From assembly GCF_009914755.1 (NCBI RefSeq), contig NC_060934.1: DNA of 64,000 nt; one strand, written 5' to 3'. Of this stretch, positions 43,985-64,000 are shown piece after piece. The notes under the pieces are model-generated. The model saw only the letters and a list, made by a program, of their open reading frames with translations. It did no database searches and was not told the origin of the DNA. Made by a program: the position numbers and the translations under genes. Position 1 is the stretch's first letter. Each line of letters opens with the position of its first letter. Source of the stretch: the human T2T-CHM13v2.0 reference genome, Homo sapiens.

Positions 43985-44700
43985 CTTCCTTCCTCTCAGC
44001 AGATGATTTAACTTGCTGTTTCCCGGAAAAGGGAACCCACTGATGAGAATTCCCTCGGTTGATTTCTCATCACACCTACAAGCTTGTCCGTCCCTTCCTG
44101 AGTCTAATCTCCCCCCTCCATACACTTGTGTCCCCCTCTGTCATCTCCCCACTCTGGACACTGTGTCCTCCTCTGTCACCTCCCCCCTCAGTACACTGTG
44201 TCTTCCTCTCTCACCTCCCCCTCAGGACACTGTGTCCTCCTCTCTCTCACCTCCCCCTCAGGACACCGTCCTCCTCTCTCACCTCCCACTCTGGACACTG
44301 TGTCCTCTCTCACCGCCCACTCCGGACACTGTGTCCTCCTCTCTCTCACCTCCCCCTCAGGACACTGTCCTCTTCTCGCACCTCCCACTCTGGACACTGT
44401 GTCCTCCTCTCTCACCTCCCACTCCGGACACTGTGTCCTCCTCTCTCACCTCCCCCTCAGGACACCGTGTCCCCCTCTCTCACCTCCCCCTCAGGACACT
44501 GTGTCCTCCTCCTCTTTCTCCAGATGCCCTCTGCTCTTTTTGCAATTCTTCCTCTCTATCAACTCTGTCCATCCGGATTTAGTCATGTTCAGATACCTCC
44601 CATCCGAAAAAAACAAAACATTGTTCAACCCGGTTTCTTCACCCAGCCACTCTCTCCTTTCCTGCCAGCTTCACAGCCAGACTTTCCTGAAACAACTTTG
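43985..44700 (+). mobile_element. Degenerate L2 fragment hosting the VNTR
   Basis: ctctcagcagatgatttaacttgctgtttcccggaaaa and atacctcccatccgaaaaaaac...cttcacagccagactttcctgaaa resemble recalled L2 consensus. Confidence 0.5.
44121..44510 (+). repeat. Minisatellite/VNTR, ~11.5 copies of a 31-36 bp unit (consensus GACACTGTGTCCTCCTCTCTCACCTCCCCCTCAG)
   Basis: Units parsed by eye; strongly pyrimidine-rich on the + strand. Confidence 0.95.
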
Positions 44701-44734
44701 TAGTGCTGTTTTCTGCCCATAAAAGTAACATGTC

Positions 44735-46400
<1,666 letters not shown>

Positions 46401-46546
46401 TTTTAACTTAAGCATCTTCCTTTCTCCTCATCAAGTACAGAGGAAAACATGGAGTTGAAATTGTTTTGCTAGGTTCTTTTTTAGTTCACAGAATAGGCCT
46501 AAAAATAAATGATTGATATTCTTTCTCCTTTTTCTTCTTTGTACAG

Positions 46547-46684
46547 GATTCCCCAGCTTTCCGTTGCACAAACAGTGAAGTGACAGTCCAGCCCAGCCCC
46601 TATTTGAGTTACCGGCTACCCAAGGACTTTGTAGACCTCTCTACTGGGGAGGACGCTCACAAGCTAATAGACTTCCTTAAGCTG
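46547..46684 (+). CDS. CDC123: CDC123 exon 12 (138 nt), DSPAFRCTNSEVTVQPSPYLSYRLPKDFVDLSTGEDAHKLIDFLKL
   Basis: gtacag acceptor, CTG|gtaaag donor, phase 0-0. Confidence 0.97.
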
Positions 46685-47276
46685 GTAAAGTCTATGTGCA
46701 TTTAGTATGCTGGCCATCTTTTCAAATAGACCTTCAAATTGGCTTTTATATAATATTTCATTGGAATCCTGTATCACCTAGACTTTGATGGTTATGAATG
46801 GAACCAAGTTACTGAGTTAGAGCATTTTCTAATTAAATATGAAATAGGAGCTGAAGGCATAATTTATTGATTAGAATGACAGAAAATGTTTTTATGCTGT
46901 ACATGCCTTTTGAACATTTTTCAAAATACTTGTAACTTTGAAGAAAGTGTGTATATTGTTAGAAGGCTGTAAGGAGAGCAGGTCTCTGCTCTGGTGGTGA
47001 TTTTACTCAAGAGGGGATGTGAATATTTATATTTTTGTGTGGATTTCTGTGTAGGAGTTTTTGTATGTATGGAAGAAAGAGAAGAAAATACTCAAATACC
47101 TGAGGATAATTTGCTCAGGAGTCAAAGTGATAAACTAGTTTAATGAATTAAAGCATGGTTTTCCATGACAATTTTTAATTACATCCTTTGCCAAGACCTC
47201 TAGAAAATTACACCTGCTGAGCAGATATCCCAAGGAGCATGTGCTATTTTAAGATCCCCTTGGTTTTCTTTGACAG

Positions 47277-47303
47277 AAGAGAAATCAGCAGGAGGACGAC
47301 TGA
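47277..47303 (+). CDS. CDC123: CDC123 terminal exon 13, coding part KRNQQEDD*
   Basis: tgacag acceptor; TGA at 47301-47303 followed by a second TGA; with a recalled 49-aa N-terminus the exons sum to 336 aa. Confidence 0.96.
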   Translation, partial: KRNQQEDD

Positions 47304-47557
47304 TGAGCGTGCTGGAACTGGAGAAGAGGAGGCCCCGCCCCACCGCTCCGGGAGCTGCTCATCAGCCGCAACTTCCTGCCGACCCTGATGCGGGTGGGCC
47401 GAGCAGTGTGGACATCAGCCGCTTTTTATATTCATGTACATTCACCTGGGGAAAAAAACGGAGGGACTTTGCTACTTGTAAAAATAACATAATAAATAGA
47501 TCTTAAACATAGGAAAACCATACTGTTCTGATAATAAAATGCTTTCTATGAAATACG
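47304..47557 (+). other. CDC123: CDC123 3' UTR (end approximate)
   Basis: Unique sequence after the stop; GC/CpG-rich first ~115 nt, then AU-rich with two AATAAA signals; U-rich sequence follows. Confidence 0.8.
47491..47538 (+). terminator. Two polyadenylation signals AATAAA (47491-47496, 47533-47538)
   Basis: Canonical hexamers, upstream TGTA elements, downstream GT/T-rich sequence. Confidence 0.8.
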
Positions 47558-47574
47558 TTGCTTTTCTACCGAGT

Positions 47575-56490
<8,916 letters not shown>

Positions 56491-56875
56491 AGGCCCAGTA
56501 GTTTTAAACATCCCCCAAATAATTCTAATGTACTGCTAAGGTTTAGAACCCCTATTTAAATATTAGGCCTTATGTGAGCATCTGTTAACCCCTCCTGCTC
56601 CTAAGGCCCTCCCAGATCAATGTAGCCACTATACCTTTGTCCTCCTTCTTTGAGCTTCTAGAGAGCTACAGTCCACATTATCAAACCAGCAGCTCGTTAC
56701 CTGCTTTATTGTATTAATTGCTAGTTGTCTAGGTGTTTGTTTATATGACAAGCTCCTGAGGCAGGAACAAAATGCTTAGATTAATAAGCTTTTCCAGATA
56801 ATGAAATATAATACAAAATAGATGGAGACACCCTCAAGAGTATTCCAAGTCACTGCGAGCGGGCAGGAGAGAGGA

Positions 56876-57272
56876 AATTGTCCCCACAAAGTTCATATGT
56901 TGAAGTCCTATAACCTTCATACCTGAGAATCTGACTGTGTTTGGAGACAGGCCCTTTACAGAGGTGATGAAGCTAAAATGAGGCCTTCGAAGTGGGTCCT
57001 AATCCAATATGAGGGTGTTCTTATAAGAAGAGGAAATCTGGACACAAAGACACCAGGGATGCCCAAGCGCAGAGGAAAGGCCACATCCAGGACACAGCAA
57101 GAGGGTGGCCATCTGCACACTGTGGAGAGAGACCTCAGAAATGCACCCTGCCGACACCCTGATCTTGGACTTCCAGCCTCCAGAACTGTGAGACAATAAA
57201 TCATGTTGTTTAAGCCACCCTTAAAACCCTGTCTGTTGTATTTGGTTATGACAGCCCCAGCAAACTAACACA
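56876..57272 (+). mobile_element. MLT1 (MLT1B-like) MaLR solo LTR
   Basis: ttcatatgttgaagtcct...cctaatccaatatg...gatcttggacttccagcctccagaactgtgagacaataaa...cagcaaactaacaca. Confidence 0.8.
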
Positions 57273-57427
57273 TGAAGTAAAGGTGTAGGAAAATTAAAAT
57301 TATAAGTTTAGGGAAAGTAATCGAAATCATCCTTATGAGCTCTGAGCTAGCAGATGCCATTCGTTAACAGGATCAGAAACCCCTGTAAATTGCCCTCCCA
57401 GGCAATACTAGCCTGATGCACTGCTAA

Positions 57428-61464
<4,037 letters not shown>

Positions 61465-61716
61465 TAGGCCTTCCTCTCGTATTCTCTTTTCTCTCGTATT
61501 CTCAAGTGTTTCTAGAAATGTGCTCTGGAGACATCCCCAAGCCAGTAGCTCCTCCCTCATTCTGAGAAGGCGGTTTAGTGCAGCTGGTCTCTGAAGGCAT
61601 TGGGTGTTTTCCCCTCAGCTCCCGAGGGACAGCGTGGGAGGGTGGTGCTCTGGGCCTTCTCTCTACCATGCTTTGTTGTTGTTGATTGTTTAAGCGCCAA
61701 ACACTGAGTTTCCTTA

Positions 61717-62561
<845 letters not shown>

Positions 62562-62759
62562 AAGGGACAGTCATTTCACCTCACACATGAAAGCAAACCT
62601 AAAATTTTCTCTATTGGAAGTTCAATCTTGGCTAAGGGCATGATTTAGAAATCAAAGGAGTCTGACCTTCACGTGGTTTTGAACACTTGTGGAAAGGTAG
62701 CTGTGGGAAGGGACGTAGCCTTTGTAATGCAAGAGGAGAGAATGGGGTGTGGGGCGTGT

Positions 62760-62910
62760 GGCCCAGAAATGACACAGAACTCTGACAGCACTGCCTGGTT
62801 GCCATGTAGCTAGGTAAATATTTGCAAAGCACCTACTGCTTCTCCGGACTCGGGGCAAGTGTCTACTGGGCATGAAACCATCTCCGTGGGGAAGTGAGCC
62901 TTACCCAGTT
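62760..62910. promoter_or_regulatory. Candidate islet/liver enhancer (CDC123/CAMK1D T2D locus, rs11257655 context; C allele at 62863)
   Basis: GGGCAAGTGT[C]TACTGGGCAT matches my recollection of the rs11257655 flank, and a T would create forkhead TGTTTAC; adjacent GTAAATATTTGC and GTTGCCATG motifs. Confidence 0.75.
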
Positions 62911-63055
62911 CTTATCTCCCTCTTGAGGCCAGGTTCACAGAATATGACACAACTTCCAGAGGAAAGGGGGGCCTGCCAGTTCTTATCTTCCTCTCTCAGC
63001 TGGCATTGGGACATTTTAGTGGCCAGGACCAATGTGTTATCTGTAGGAGCCCTGA

Positions 63056-63385
<330 letters not shown>

Positions 63386-64000
63386 AAGACTCGTCTTCTG
63401 GGTATGAATTCCCGGAGCTGTCATTTCCTGAGAGCTCATGATCAAGAGGCATTGAGAGGTAGACCAGCTCGCTGTATAATTGTTAGGGGTGCCAATCTGT
63501 AAGGCACGCTACAGTGTCATGGAGCTGTAATGAGATGGAAAATCATATTTCTCAGAGGTCTTCTCAGGTAGACTATTCTTTTTTAAAAATTTCAAATACA
63601 ATTTAAAAACAAGTGCATGTTTTAAAATGTCATTTACCAAATCAAAAGCCAAACTAATAGAAAAAAAAATTTGTAACAAATATGCCAGATCAAAGCTTAA
63701 TATAGTTAACATACAAATAAAAGGACTTCAAAATTAAACAAAATAAGATTGGGTTAAGGATGTTATACAGGCAATTCATAAAGGAAAAAACACAAATATA
63801 CAATAAATATATAAAAAGATGTTCAAGACAGAATAAAAAATGCATATTACACTGTTATAGAATAATATTTTTATGTAACCGAGTGAGAAATATTTTTAAA
63901 TGGCAATATAATTGGTGTAGAAATGTAATCCTATGTAATTCTGCAATATATATGTTCAAAAGGCTTTTTTTTTCTTTTTAGGAAAGGCCTCTATTATAGA

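Noticed and set aside
44013-44722. Three overlapping 189-214 aa ORFs with spaced repeats, superficially like a repeat protein or CRISPR array
   Set aside because: They are a product of a pyrimidine-rich VNTR lacking stops; units are contiguous with no unique spacers, there are no cas genes, and the context is a eukaryotic intron

Overview
Human (or very closely related hominid) genomic DNA containing the 3' part of CDC123 on the + strand. Eleven coding exons (exons 3-13 of the usual 13-exon model; 7242..47303) splice with GT-AG junctions into an intact frame ending ...DFLKLKRNQQEDD*, followed by a short 3' UTR and about 16 kb of downstream intergenic DNA towards CAMK1D. The rest is extremely Alu-dense and includes one full-length antisense SVA with a 16-bp TSD, solo LTRs (MER41A-type, LTR47-like, MLT1), L1/L2 and DNA-transposon fragments, a ~34-bp VNTR and microsatellites. 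There are no prokaryotic systems, CRISPR arrays or RNA genes, and nearly all ORFs in the track are repeat-derived noise. The most interesting observations are: (1) an intron-11 VNTR whose unit is a palindromic steroid-receptor (GRE/ARE-type) element; (2) a candidate SVA-derived poison exon with a near-consensus splice donor; (3) two inverted Alus sharing private mutations that bracket the frame-preserving exon 8-10 block; (4) a downstream regulatory block of a CTCF/YY1-like site, a MER41A LTR and a forkhead/RFX motif cluster that matches my recollection of the rs11257655 type-2-diabetes enhancer; (5) a spacer-less Alu palindrome. Exon numbering, repeat subfamily names and the SNP identity come from memory and need database confirmation. 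Alu boundaries are approximate.
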